DNA of 61,136 nucleotides, counting the filler, from Bonamia ostreae (lineage: Eukaryota), in the NCBI GenBank assembly GCA_040357525.1. It is 13 parts of 13 records of this genome, joined end to end, with 100 filler letters (N's around TTAATTAATTAA, not from the genome) between each part and the next. Parts side by side here need not be neighbours in the genome. Positions count along the whole stretch, not along the records: positions 47,252 to 51,819 come from JBDODL010000292.1; positions 51,920 to 56,479 come from JBDODL010000293.1; positions 56,580 to 61,136 come from JBDODL010000294.1; 10 more parts are not named here. The stretch is one strand, 5' to 3'. Made by a program: the position numbers and the translations under genes. Of the stretch, positions 47,252 to 58,990 are shown in pieces. How positions within the stretch are numbered: the first letter of the stretch is position 1; every line of letters starts with the position of its first letter. Under the pieces are notes generated by a model. The model had not been told where the DNA came from. It did not search any database and worked only from the letters and a program-made list of their open reading frames with translations.

Positions 47252-47982
47252 TGAAACGTTTTTACAAAATATAGCGAGTAGTTACAAAAACAAAATATCA
47301 TCACGTCGGGATATTATTTGAAGAAAAGCACATTCCCCCAGAAATCAAAAAAAAATTTGCTCTGCCGAGTTCGGGAAAAATAATTTTTGTCGCTCATATG
47401 ATTTCAGAAGGAATGAGAGTTGACAAAGTTGCCGATTTTTTGAACGTCAAAGGTACCAGACTTGCTTTTCGACATTTGAATGTCGACCGAACCGACGAAA
47501 TGATTAACGGCGCTCAAAATTTTCTTAAAGTTTTCATTAAAAAATTTTTCATTTTTTGTGCAAATTTTTTATGTGTCAAATTTTGCTTTTTGTACAAATT
47601 AATTTTTTGAATATTTTCAGTTTAAAAAATTTTTTGAAGAAACATTCTGAAACGCCGTACGAAAAAAGTTTTGTTCAAATGTTTAAATCCGCTTACGACG
47701 GAATTGGCGGCACAAACAAAAAAGAAGATTTAAGTTCGTTGTTTTGCAGTGAAATGATGGCTAAAATTTTCCAAGTTTCAGCTTTTTCGTTATTACTTTG
47801 TTTCACATTTTTCTGATTACTTTGTTAAAAAGGACATGGGATTGTTGACGCCATCCTCAAAAGGCGGTTTAGTTTGCAATGAATATGCTCCCAGAGACTT
47901 TACATCCGAGAGGGAACTCCCTCTGCTAAAGAATGCAACTTTGGAAGATGAGGTGTTGCTTTATGATGTAGATGAGCTTTAA
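47252..47982 (+). CDS. Permuted papain-like NlpC/P60 (YiiX/YaeF) amidase family protein, 5' truncated
   Basis: KYHHVGI (catalytic His) precedes PYE...DLSSLFCSEMMAKIFQ (catalytic Cys) and NEYAPRDF. Confidence 0.75.
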
Positions 47983-48069
47983 TCCACATTTTTATTAATG
48001 TCATTTAATTCATAATTTTTTGAATCGATTCAATTTTAGAATCAATTTTGTCAAAAATATGTTTTAGTT

Positions 48070-49732
48070 TTATGTTCGAATCGACTTCAAGAATGTCGTT
48101 ATTCCTTCCCGTTTTTCGGCACCAACCAGTTCCAAGTTTAGTGATATCGTTTATTGTTCTGCTCAAGCTTTCTTTGTTAAAATTTAGTAATTTTGGGAAA
48201 ATAAAATTGTCACAAAACGAGCATTAAAATTATTGTTGAAATTTCTTACAAGGTTCCTTTCTTTCAGAGTCTTCGCCAAGTTTTTGAAGGAAATTTTAGT
48301 TCGTTTCGACAATATTAAAAATCTTATGTTATTTCGACAAAAACTCGTTTACGGATCGAACGAATTCTTTTAATTTGGATATCTTTAATATCTCTTTTCT
48401 TTCGTTTTCAAACTTATTTAACTCATTAGCCATTTCGGATTTTCTTTTAATCTTTGTTACAATTGATTTAATTGAAAATCCCTAATAGTTTTTGAGTTAG
48501 AATGTTCTGAAAAGTTTTTAAACAGCAATGTCAATGTTATAAAATTTGACATTTCGCTTTTTGCGGTTTAAAACAACATTGAACAAAAAGCTTTAAAAAT
48601 CCGAAACACAGTAATGGTAAAAATTGTTTTCAAAACACCTTATCAATCAATTTTTGGCTTATGCCCTTTATCTTGCTTCGAACGTTTTTTGTTTCCTTTT
48701 TACTCTTCGAAATTCTTTTAACGCTCAATCGACTTTTGAGCGCATCGCTGGCCAAACAACTAAAATGCGATTTCTCGATAACGGGCAAATTGCCTGAAAC
48801 CGGTTCCCCTTCGACTTCGATCGGCTCCGGTAAATCGATGTCGTCTATCGGAAATTTTGCGTGCCATTCGTTATATTTCGTGACGTCTATTTTCACAAAA
48901 TTTCCTCTTTCCAGAAATTTCTATTAAAATGTGAAAAAGAACATCGTGTTCATTTTCAACAATTTTCAACAATCTCTCATAAAATACCCTTTCGCGAAAC
49001 TTTCGGATTTTTTGGTCTATGAAAAAGCTCTTATTTAAAATCGAGTTGCCGTCAAAAAGATGTACGAGTTGAACTACTAAAGTTTTGATCATTCTCCAAC
49101 CATCTTTTTGTAAAACGGATTTTACGCGTTATTAACCAAAAACCGCTTTTTTCCTTTTTGGAAATATATTTTGCGATAATGGCTTCGGGCACAACTTTCG
49201 CTATTCGGAGAACGTCTATTTTTCCAAAATTCCTAAATTTTGGAAATGACAACTTTTTGGTTTGGAATTCAACCGACAACTTTATTTCGTCGATTGGGAC
49301 TAACTTTTTGTCGCGAAAAAAATAGAGCGACATGCAATTTTCGATGGCTCGAAAGATTTTTAATAACCGGAGAAAGCTCAACGGGAGAATTGGATTAGTC
49401 CGTATTTTTAGTTTTTGTTGGTCGTTTTCAACAGTTTGGAGACTTCGATGTTTTCTATATTGTTCAAGTAATTCTTTGCCGTCGATTTTTGTTGTTTCGA
49501 CAATGTTTCGTTTTTCGTTTTTTAGTGCGACATTTTTAGTTTTTGGATTGCTCAAAGCTTTTATCTTAAATTGTTTTGCAAAAACTTTTCGTAGTAATCT
49601 TAAATGGCGATTATTGCCATTTTTTAAACTTTTAGTTTGCAATTTTGTTAAATTTTTAGTTTGGAAATCTTCTTTTAAGTTTTTGGAGTGCCTAAAATAG
49701 GTTTTTATGTTTTTCTGGGAATCGGAGGCCAT
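48070..49732 (-). CDS. CDT1: DNA replication licensing factor CDT1
   Basis: LPLSFLRLLKIFRAIE...IKLSVE.QTKKNF...IAKVVPEA; WHAKFPID; KGISQKLIDK. Confidence 0.75.
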
Positions 49733-49897
49733 TTTTATTAAATGTCGCTCGTTAGATTATAAATACTAAATTTTGAACTTATCGGTTTTGTCTAATATTA
49801 AATTTAATGAGTTCTCTAGAGTTATGAGCTGTTTGACAATATTAAGACGACTAGATTTAAAACGACTAAATGGAAAAAAGTGCAAAAACATCCGATT

Positions 49898-50696
49898 TTA
49901 ATTTAATCTGTGCACTTGATTATCGTCCAAATAAAAGTCCACATCGATATTGAACTCTTTAGCCAAACATCTTTAGCCAAAAATTTAGCCGAAATTTTGA
50001 TTTAAAAACGGGGGAATGAAACGGCCTCCCAAATAATGCGCACCGAAAAAATATTTGGCGCACAATTTGGGAGCCGATAACGACACCAAAACAGTCGGAT
50101 CTATCCTTATTTCTTCTTTTACTCCCGAAAAACCTTTTTCGACGTCCCATCCGGAAGGAACGTCGATCGAGACGATCGGAACTTTGGTCCGAGCCAAAAA
50201 CTGCCATAAAATGTATTCTAAAATTACTTTCAAAATGCCATAAAAAGGTTCGCGGGGCAAAGCTTTAAATCCGAATCCGAAAATAGCGTCGACGATAATG
50301 TCGAATTGTTGGTCCGAGTCGGTTTCTAGGGCCGATGCGAACTCCTTGTCGTCTAAAAAGGGAATTCCCATTATTTTGCATTGTTCGACCAAATTCTAGA
50401 TTTTGTTAATAAACGGCAAAATCTTTTCTTTCCAAATTTGGTTTTGGGTAATAAATCGATGGTCGGAATGTTTTAAAATTGCTCAAATGTCTTGACGCTA
50501 CCAACCCGTCGCCCCCGTTATTGCCAGGTCCACAAACAAAAAGCACTTTTTTTGGACTGTTTTTAGTTTTAAAATGTCTAAATATGGCGGAAGCTACACT
50601 AAGCCCCGCTAATTCCATCAATTGTTCTATCGAAAATCCGATTTTGAAGAGCTTTAAATCGAGTTGTTTCGACAGTTCTTGTGTCAAATATTGCAT
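49898..50696 (-). CDS. NAXE: NAD(P)H-hydrate epimerase (YjeF_N)
   Basis: [49 protein letters not shown]. Confidence 0.95.
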
Positions 50697-50832
50697 TTTT
50701 GATTTTTGTTCAAATTTAGCAAATTTTATAAAATGGACTTTTTATAATTTAGCAAAATTTTGGACTTTTTTCCGCATTTTGCGAAACAACAATATTGTCA
50801 TTTTTTAAAATTTTCGAAAAATTAGCAAATAA

Positions 50833-51819
50833 ATGTCAAAATTTTTAAATATTGTTGAAACAAATGATCATCAAATGTTGCTTGAGCTGATAAAATCTTT
50901 CGTTTCAAATTATCTCGATGATTTTAACATTCCGATTGTTTTTTAAAACGATTTGTGAAAATTTATCAAAAATAAAAAATTATTTTGCGCAAAATTAAAA
51001 AACGAAAATAACGTAAAAATAATTTAAAAATAATGTAAAAATAACGACTATTTGTAAAAAAGATAGCAAGAACGGAAACGAATTCAAAAATCGACAATTT
51101 TAAAAAACGACTTTTAGATAAAAACAGAAATAATATTTTATCAACAAAAAATATAATTTTTCATGTCCAGTTTTTTAAAGTTTTGGAGACGATATTTTTT
51201 AATCTGTCCAATTTTAATTCGAAAAATAGACGATTTTTAACGCAAAGAGTTTAAATTTTTCAGATTTTAAAATTTTTCATATAAAAAATTACGATTTTAA
51301 GGGAATTTATTACGAACTAAAAAAATTTTTTTCTTCCCAAAACGAACTAAACGAAATATTGAACGGTTTCTATTTTAGAAAATAAAGACATTTCAACCGT
51401 TTTAAAAGTTACCAGATTGTCTTTATTTATTTCGTCTGAATCGCGAGCTTTTGTTTACGGGAAAATTTTATTTTCAGACGAGAAATCTCAAGTTTTAGAA
51501 AAATGTTTTCCGCGGCCACTTTCGATTGATCGTTTTTTGGTTCAAAAACAATTTGTCATCGAAACTAATGCAAAGTTTATCGTTGTCGTCGAAAAAATGG
51601 TTTTTATTTTCGCAATTTTTTTCTAAAAATATTTAGACCGTCTTCAAAACATTGATGAGCACAAATTTTGTAAATAAAAATTGCATTATTGTAACTGGAC
51701 AAGGATATCCGTCTTTGATGTGTAGAAAATTTGTCAAAAAAATATTTGAACAAACTTCTCTCCCAATTTTCGGTTATTTTTTTAATTTGCGAATTTGCAA
51801 TTTTTTTTAATTTTATTTT
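50833..51819 (+). CDS. SPO11: SPO11 / topoisomerase VI A homolog, 3' truncated
   Basis: Spliced TQR-GIYY (catalytic Tyr region 51302-51313), SQNELN, R.SLFISSESRAFVYG and Toprim FIVVVEK-TVF...IIVTGQGYPS..CRKFV. Confidence 0.82.
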
Positions 51820-51919
51820 NNNNNNNNNNNNNNNNNNNNNNNNNNNNNNNNNNNNNNNNNNNNTTAATTAATTAANNNNNNNNNNNNNNNNNNNNNNNNN
51901 NNNNNNNNNNNNNNNNNNN

Positions 51920-52784
51920 TTTGCAAAAAGTTGTTTTGAGATTTTTAAGCAAATTCGGCTTTCCAGAGAGTAGATTTTTGTGCGAAAAAATATCAAAAGC
52001 GATTTTGTTCTATTCCACCGATCACTATGGTTTGCGTGTTGTGAAGGCTTTACTTGATACGAACGAAAGCGAAGAATTAATGGGCCTATATTTAGCCATT
52101 GCAAAGCACACTGAGAAATTGGTCCAAGACCAATTTGGAAATTACATTGTTCAAGTTTTTTCTCAAGATGCAAGCTCAAATATATTAATGTCAAATTTTG
52201 TCATTTTCTACAACTTAAATTTAAGCATGCACTTGAAACAAGTCCGAACAAAGTAAAAGAAATGGTAAAATTGAACATGTTGGGGAAATTTGTAGCTTAC
52301 TCGAAGCAAAAATTTAGCTCCAACGTCGTAGAAAAATGTCTTAAAGTTTCAGACGCAAAATGGCAGCGAAATATCGTCCGAGAACTCATCTTCTTTCCGT
52401 GGGAGTTGATAAATGACAAATATGGAAATTATTGTTTGCAAACTGCTCTTTCTGTTTGCGACAAAGATTTATGCGAAGAATTTGCTAAAGCTGTTTATCC
52501 TTCTCTGTCAAGATTAGTTTTTTTTTCGATTTTTAATTTTTAAAATTTATTTTCGATTTTTAGATTTTTTAAAGAAATTTAAAGATTATTTTAGAAAAAT
52601 AAAATTATCTAAATCTTGTTTTTTAATGTGTTCATAATTAAAATCTTGTTTACAATCTTGTTTTTTATTATTAAATGCGCGATATTTGTCATTTTTATAA
52701 TTAAAATAAAAACAAAAGAGAGAAAATGTTAAAGTGAAATGGGTAAATTTGTTGGAAGCAGCAAAACTGAAACACCAAAATTGA
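51920..52784 (+). CDS. Pumilio/PUF repeat protein, C-terminal part
   Basis: DHYGLRVVK, QDQFGNYIVQ, SKQKFSSNVVEKCL, NDKYGNYCLQ. Confidence 0.9.
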
Positions 52785-52819
52785 TTGTACGAAGATAAAT
52801 TTTACTTCTGCTTAAATTT

Positions 52820-53747
52820 TTAATTTTCATTTCAAAAAATCGCCTTAATATAAAAAATTGTATCTCCAAAAATCCAAGTTTGAAAACTAAACAGCCATCC
52901 GTTAATAAATTTTTTCGGAAAATAAATCCGAAGATAATGGAAGCTTTCCCGAAAACGTTTATTGAACTGAACAAATCGGAAAATTCCGATCTTGCCGCGG
53001 CCATTAATTTGGAGAAACCGGCCACATCGTCTGAAGAAGCGGTAATTACAAACAAATCAGTTCAATAACCAAACAATGGCGGAACTGCTTTCAATGCTCA
53101 AACAACTGCAGAAAATCTGCAACGGCACTATAAAAACAGCGGAAGGTTTCGCCGTTTAAGTAAAAGATTTGCTTAAAAAAGAAAAAAATTTTGGGCGTAA
53201 AAAGAAGATTTGCAGTGCAAAAGAAGAAACATTAAAAAACAATGTGTAAACAATTTAACTAGTAAAATAGACAGCAAAGCGCAAAGTGCAAAATGTCGTC
53301 AGATTCACAAAGAAACAAAAAAAATTGCAAAATCCTTTTTTCTCGAAAGTTCGAGAACAAATCGATTCTTCCATTTTCGCAATGGTCTTCTCCCAATTGC
53401 AAGGAGCCAATCCTAAAACGAAATTTACGGAATCTAATTGAAGAAAAGTCAATCGTTCGAAAACTACCAAAGCTAGCTTTAAGTGCCACGGAACAAGTTT
53501 TCGTAACGTAAAAAATTGTTCTTTCAAAACGTCTTTCGAGTTTCGGTTTGTGTCGTTTTTGGGGCGTTTGAAGCTTTCGTTTCCGTTCGGTTTTCTGTGT
53601 TTCTTCTTTTTGTGAACTTTTCTTTTTGTAATTGTGTCAAAACTGTGGAGTTGTCAGTTCTTTCGCGAACTGTCTGACCGGATAATAAGTTAATTCCGCT
53701 TCTGTCGAATTTGGTGTTTCTGGTTTAATCGATGCAACTAAAGCCAT
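52820..53747 (-). CDS. Hypothetical protein (multi-exon)
   Basis: ATG 53747 starts MALVASIKPETPNSTEAELTYYPVRQF..., with further open frames downstream. No family recognised. Confidence 0.35.
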
Positions 53748-54041
53748 TTATAAGCTGATTCGCAAAAATTGTATTTGCAAAATTTTTGTTTTTTGTGTTC
53801 AATTCAATTTCTCGTTTCTTATGTTTCGTAAATGCGAATTGCTAAAAATCTATTTGAAAACCAAAAAACGAAAAGGGAAAAAATTACAAAACTTCCTACA
53901 AATCTCTTATCTAGAAATGGTTAAAACTCAATGACGACATATCTTCAAAAATGGAAATTGGAGAGATTATATATTTACCGACTAAAAACGAAAAATTACA
54001 GAAATACAAAATTATAAACATATTTATTTAAAAAATTATAA

Positions 54042-54934
54042 ATGGCTAGCTCAAATTCTCCCAAAGTTCCCCTAAACAAAATCGACACAAGGCTCAAAAC
54101 GGCTAAAATTCCCGTTATTCTTATCGCAGGCGGGACGTTTTCGCCGATTACGAATTTGCATCTGCGGATGTTCGGTTTTATCTCCGCTATTTAAAGAGGA
54201 CGCGAAGAATTTTATGGGCTCCAAAAACGGCGAATATCAAATAATCGGCGGTTTCATTTCCCCTGTCCACGACGAATATCCAAAAGTTTTTAAATGGTTT
54301 CGCTTAAACGGGTCGTCTTGGCCAAAAAATTTCGTTTCGGTTAATTGGCGTTTGCAACAAAAAGAAAAAATTGCACTCGAAACATCGCGTGAAAATGGCG
54401 CAATTGGCCGTAAGCGATTCAAATTGGATCGAAGTTTCGACGCTGGAAGTAAAAAATTCCAAATGGATGAGCACTCGGGAAGTGATTTCCGCCCACATAA
54501 AAATATTCAGACAACACTTGCCGCTCGCGCTGAAAGGTTTTCAAAGCAAAACNNNNNNNNNNNNNNNNNNNNNNNNNNNNNNNNNNNNNNNNNNNNNNNN
54601 NNNNNNNNNNNNNNNNNNNNNNNNNNNNNNNNNNNNNNNNNNNNNNNNNNNNACCTTGAGCTGCTCATCGATTCCATTCCGATTTTGCGAAAGAATAAAG
54701 TTTTTAATAATCGATTTTCGCCGTTCAATTTGGCAAAATCTATCTTAACGCAAAATAGAAAGATATTGTAACGGTCCCGAGCCTTATAGAAAACAATATG
54801 AGCTCTACAAAAATCAGGTTTGAAGTTAAAATCTGAATGTTTATAGAAAGATTATTCGAATGGGGATGTCGGTAAAGTACTTGATTCCGGATTCTGTAAT
54901 TGATTATATCAAACGAAACGAAATTTTAAAATAA
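54042..54934 (+). CDS. NMNAT: Nicotinamide mononucleotide adenylyltransferase (spans an internal N gap)
   Basis: GTFSPITNLHLRMF, ISPVHDEY, HRVKMAQLA...WIEV, SVKYLIPDSVIDYI. Confidence 0.93.
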
Positions 54935-55233
54935 TTTTACGTTTTTTTGTCAAATTTTAAAATGCTGATGTCGCACCGATTTTGCGTGATGCAATTTTTT
55001 CAATTGTAAAAATATTTTCGACATTTAAAAAATTTAATTTGTACCAGAAATTTCAAATATTTAGACGATTTTGTCAACATAATATTTTTCTTGATCGTTT
55101 TTGATAGTTAAAAAGTTTTGAAAAGTTTTTCAATAAATTATAGAGAGCTATTTTCCAATTAACGCGAAAATCTCGTTAAAGAGCAAATTTTAAAATAAAT
55201 TTTCAGTTTGAAAATAAATTTAAAAAACAAAAT

Positions 55234-56479
55234 CTACAAATCATTTAATAACTTCGAATTCTGCTCAAAAAGCGACTTCAAAACAGTTTTAATCTGCGGA
55301 AGAGAAAGCGTTGTGTATCTTAGATTAGTCAAATGTTCAACAAGACTAAAGGCTTTTCTCTTTTTTTTGCAATTTGCAATTTTGTCGTTACGTTTTATCA
55401 CTACCCGCAAACAAAAGATTAAAAACTGCGTTCTTCGAATCTGTTTTAGACCTTCCTTCTGTTTTTCTGTGCAATTCTTCCATATAAGCTCTAGCTTCAC
55501 ACACTACTTCGCTCGGAAAACCAGTGATTTCTGTGAAAAGTAAATTTGAGCGAATTTGTAATATTCGTTCAAAAGTAAAGGATATGTAACAAACCAGCGA
55601 TGTGGATGCCGTACCCGATCTTTTTCTTCGACTCTTCTGGCGAATCTTCGTTTTCCACAACTTTGAACGAATATTTGAATCCGTTTTCATCGATTTGGAC
55701 GTTGAGCACTTTATTTCTGACGTTCGGATAAAAGGAAGCCAACTCGCACAACTCGAAAAAATGGGTCGAAAACAAGACGTTGCAACGTTTTTCGGCCAAC
55801 TTTTGTTCGCTATTGAAACTTTTTCGGCGGAGGCCCAAGCAACAGAAGTCCCGTCAGTCGAAGATGTGGCTCTCCCGAGTTCGTCGATGACGATAAGACT
55901 GTTGTCGTTGGCGTTGTTGAGGATATTGGCGGCTTCAGACATTTCTTTGAAAAATGTCGACTTGTTTTCAGACAGGCTTTCAACGTTCGGGAACCCTATT
56001 TGATTTGAGCTCGAAACTTGTCAGAATGCTATCGATGATGCGGAACGAAGCGTTTTCTGCTGGCACAAAACTCTTATTTTTAAATCTGCAAAGAAACTCC
56101 AATGTGCGCCATTATCGCCAAAACACAAATTTGCTTCAAATAAGTCGATTTTCCGCTCTGCAATTAGACGAAAAAACTGCGTTTGGGCCAGTTATCAGGT
56201 GAAAATTAAAATTGTCGCTCTGAAAAAAATCGTTCGGCACAAACTGTTCAATGCTCAGAACCTCTATCACCGGGTGCCGTCCCTGGCGTATCGAGACCAC
56301 TCCGTCTTCTGAGAATTTTGGTCGTTTATAGTTTGGGCGATGTAGAGCTAGCAACGCGAAGGACGTCTTTTCGATTATGTTTGAAACCAGCATGTCCAAT
56401 AAGGCGACTGCTTCTGATGCCAATTGAAGCCCTTTGTTAATTTTATAACTTTGTGCGACGGTTGCACTAATGTTTGAAG
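55234..56479 (-). CDS. MSH4: MutS homolog 4 (meiotic), ATPase domain, 5' truncated
   Basis: ASEAVALLDML-TSF, GRHPV, ITGPNA-SGKSTYLKQ, STFFKEM, NANDNSLIVIDELGRATSSTDG and STHF. At least five 20-25-nt introns. Confidence 0.8.
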
Positions 56480-56856
56480 NNNNNNNNNNNNNNNNNNNNN
56501 NNNNNNNNNNNNNNNNNNNNNNNTTAATTAATTAANNNNNNNNNNNNNNNNNNNNNNNNNNNNNNNNNNNNNNNNNNNNTTGTAATAAATGGCAGCGATT
56601 TTTGGAAAAATTTTTTAATATTGTAATATTTATTTCTTTGTAATAATTTTCTTATTGATATTAAATTTATCCACCACACCCAACAAATACTTTGAAAAAT
56701 AAATATTCTTAAAAGTTTTAAGTATTCCTTCAATGTTTTTACAATTTTAAATAAGTGTCACAAAAATAAAACAACATCACATGACCCGACGAACAAAGAT
56801 AACTTCGTTTCAAAGTTCATTATCAAAGATTCGCTAATCCAACCGCCACAACGGCG

Positions 56857-57438
56857 ATGAAAACAATGACGGACAACAAACTCGAAAAAAACGTCTTCCA
56901 ATCCTTCCGCCGCCTCTCAGTGCTGGCGCACGTCACGAAGCGCTTCGGATCTAACGTCGTTATGGAACGATCAAAGCACGACATAACCGTCTTAAAAAAC
57001 ATCAAAAACTGCTGTTTTTGCAAGTTCTGTTGCAAAGTCTTCGCCAAGCTCCCAGATTTAAACCGACATTTGCGCACTCACACGGGAGAGCGTCCTTACG
57101 AATGCGACGTGTGTTCAAAGGCGTTCAGTGACAAGAGAAATTTAATGCATCACAATCAAGTGCACACGAAGAGCCGCCCCTTTGTTTGTGACGCATGCGA
57201 CAAGGCTTTTGCGCGAATGTCACACTTGAAACTGCATTTCAAGACGCACGAGAGCGAAGGTTTATACCGCTGCGAGATGTGTCTGAAAAGACTGGATACA
57301 AAGGAAGAACTGCGATTGCACCGGGAAAGACATGAAGCAGGGAATGGTGCATATAGATGTAGACACTGCAAGGTGTATTACAGGTTGTACCACAGTTTCC
57401 AGCAGCATTTGAAAACTGCGCATGGGACGGAAGACTGA
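56857..57438 (+). CDS. C2H2 zinc-finger protein (5 fingers)
   Basis: CxxC..HxxxH repeats with an HTGERPY linker. Confidence 0.93.
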   Translation: MKTMTDNKLEKNVFQSFRRLSVLAHVTKRFGSNVVMERSKHDITVLKNIKNCCFCKFCCKVFAKLPDLNRHLRTHTGERPYECDVCSKAFSDKRNLMHHNQVHTKSRPFVCDACDKAFARMSHLKLHFKTHESEGLYRCEMCLKRLDTKEELRLHRERHEAGNGAYRCRHCKVYYRLYHSFQQHLKTAHGTED

Positions 57439-58285
57439 TTTTATGTTTTACTGTAAATTATTGTTGTCTTTTTAGGGAAATTTTTAAACTTTTGGTTAAC
57501 GTTTATCAATTATACAAAAGTAATTTTATAAAATTTGAAAATAAACTTTTTGAAAATTTGAAAATTAACGTCGTTCACAAAAGTAGATTTGCGAAAATAA
57601 AAATTTTACAAAAGAGAATTTTTGCGATTTTTAGAAAAAATTATTACTTGCAAAAACCAGACATTTTTTAAAGATAAAGTTTTCATTCATAAATTTTTTG
57701 CCATAAGCGAATTTGCTTCATTTTTAGTATATCGAACATGCGTCTTTGCTTCTATTGATATTTTCTTTAAAATTAAAAATGCGCACCTTTTTCGGAATTA
57801 TAGAACGCAGCAAAAAATTATAAATTTCAGTCAATTCGTTCAGTCAGTTCAATAATTTTCATTTATTCTTTAATAAAAAATTAATATGTTAGTAATAATA
57901 TTGGTAAGTTTTGTAAGTGCCATTAAAGTTTAAAAAAATTATTTAAAAACTGATGGCAACTTTTAAAAACGACGACAATAAATAATCTTTAAAATAATAT
58001 TTAAAATTTTTAAAAATGGAATAAAAGGGACCAAAATCCAAAGAAACATAAAATCAACAGTTAAAAATTATTTAAAAACAAATAAAACCTTTAAAAACAA
58101 ATCAACTAAAAATTATTTAAAGCTCGTAAAACATTAAAATATATTATAAACCCTTAATCACAAAGCTAGTTTCGAAAAATACTGAAATCGTGTAAAAATC
58201 GTTCATATATTGCAATAAAATTTACTTTTACTCTAATTAAAACTTTAATTTTATTATAGCGTAAAACTAAATCGATAAACCCAAT

Positions 58286-58881
58286 ATGACAACGAGCTTT
58301 AGCGACAACTGCCACTCCGCTTATTCAGAATTTAAGACAAAAGACATCAAAACAAATTACCTCGTTTTTTCAGTCGAAAAAAACGGGTCGAACCACAAAA
58401 TCGACGTTTCCCGGAAAGGAGAAGACGGTCTAACGGGCTTAAAAGATTTACTGAGCAGCGAATACGATGACAAGGTCGCTTTTGCTGTTATTCGTGTTAA
58501 CGGAGTCGACAACAAAAACGAACTTGTTTCAACGCGCAATAAGTTTATCTTCATTTGCTTCGTCGGCTCCAAAACGCCCGTTCGTGTTAGAGGTGCAGCC
58601 TCATTTTTGTCACCGCAGGTTCAGAACTTTTTGGGTTCTTTTGTTCAGTACACGAGTTTTTTATAATTGCGTCATTAACGATTTTTTAATGTTGGCAATA
58701 TCAAATTTTGTTTGTGACAAAATTAAATTTTCGGAAAGTGAATGTGACTGGAGCGGAAATTGATGAGAGTTTGAACACAAAACATATCGGGAAAATGTTG
58801 TTGAAATTTGGCGGAGCACATAAACCTGAGTATTATGATTTTGGTGACGGCCAAACTATTAAAGTCAAAGATTTGTATTGA
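58286..58881 (+). CDS. Coactosin-like ADF-H actin-binding protein
   Basis: TNYLVF, GLTGLKDLL, RNKFIFICFVG..P..RG. Intron 58657-58738, then LLKFGGAHKPEYYDFG. Confidence 0.85.
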
Positions 58882-58990
58882 GTAAACGATGCAACCTAAT
58901 TTCTTTTTTTGTTGTCTAAAAAATTTGTTCTAAAACACAATTTTATATTGTTCCATCTGTTGTAAAAAAATTGTGGTACAGATAAATTTA

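Noticed and set aside
50833-56479. Apparent meiotic cluster (SPO11 ... MSH4) and NAD cluster (NAXE ... NMNAT)
   Set aside because: The genes are separated by the linker at 51864 and lie on different contigs, so adjacency is an artefact.
4700-56535. Regularly spaced TTAATTAATTAA 'repeat' every ~4.7 kb
   Set aside because: Always embedded in N runs and has stops in all six frames. It is an assembly linker, not a CRISPR, telomeric or IES signal.
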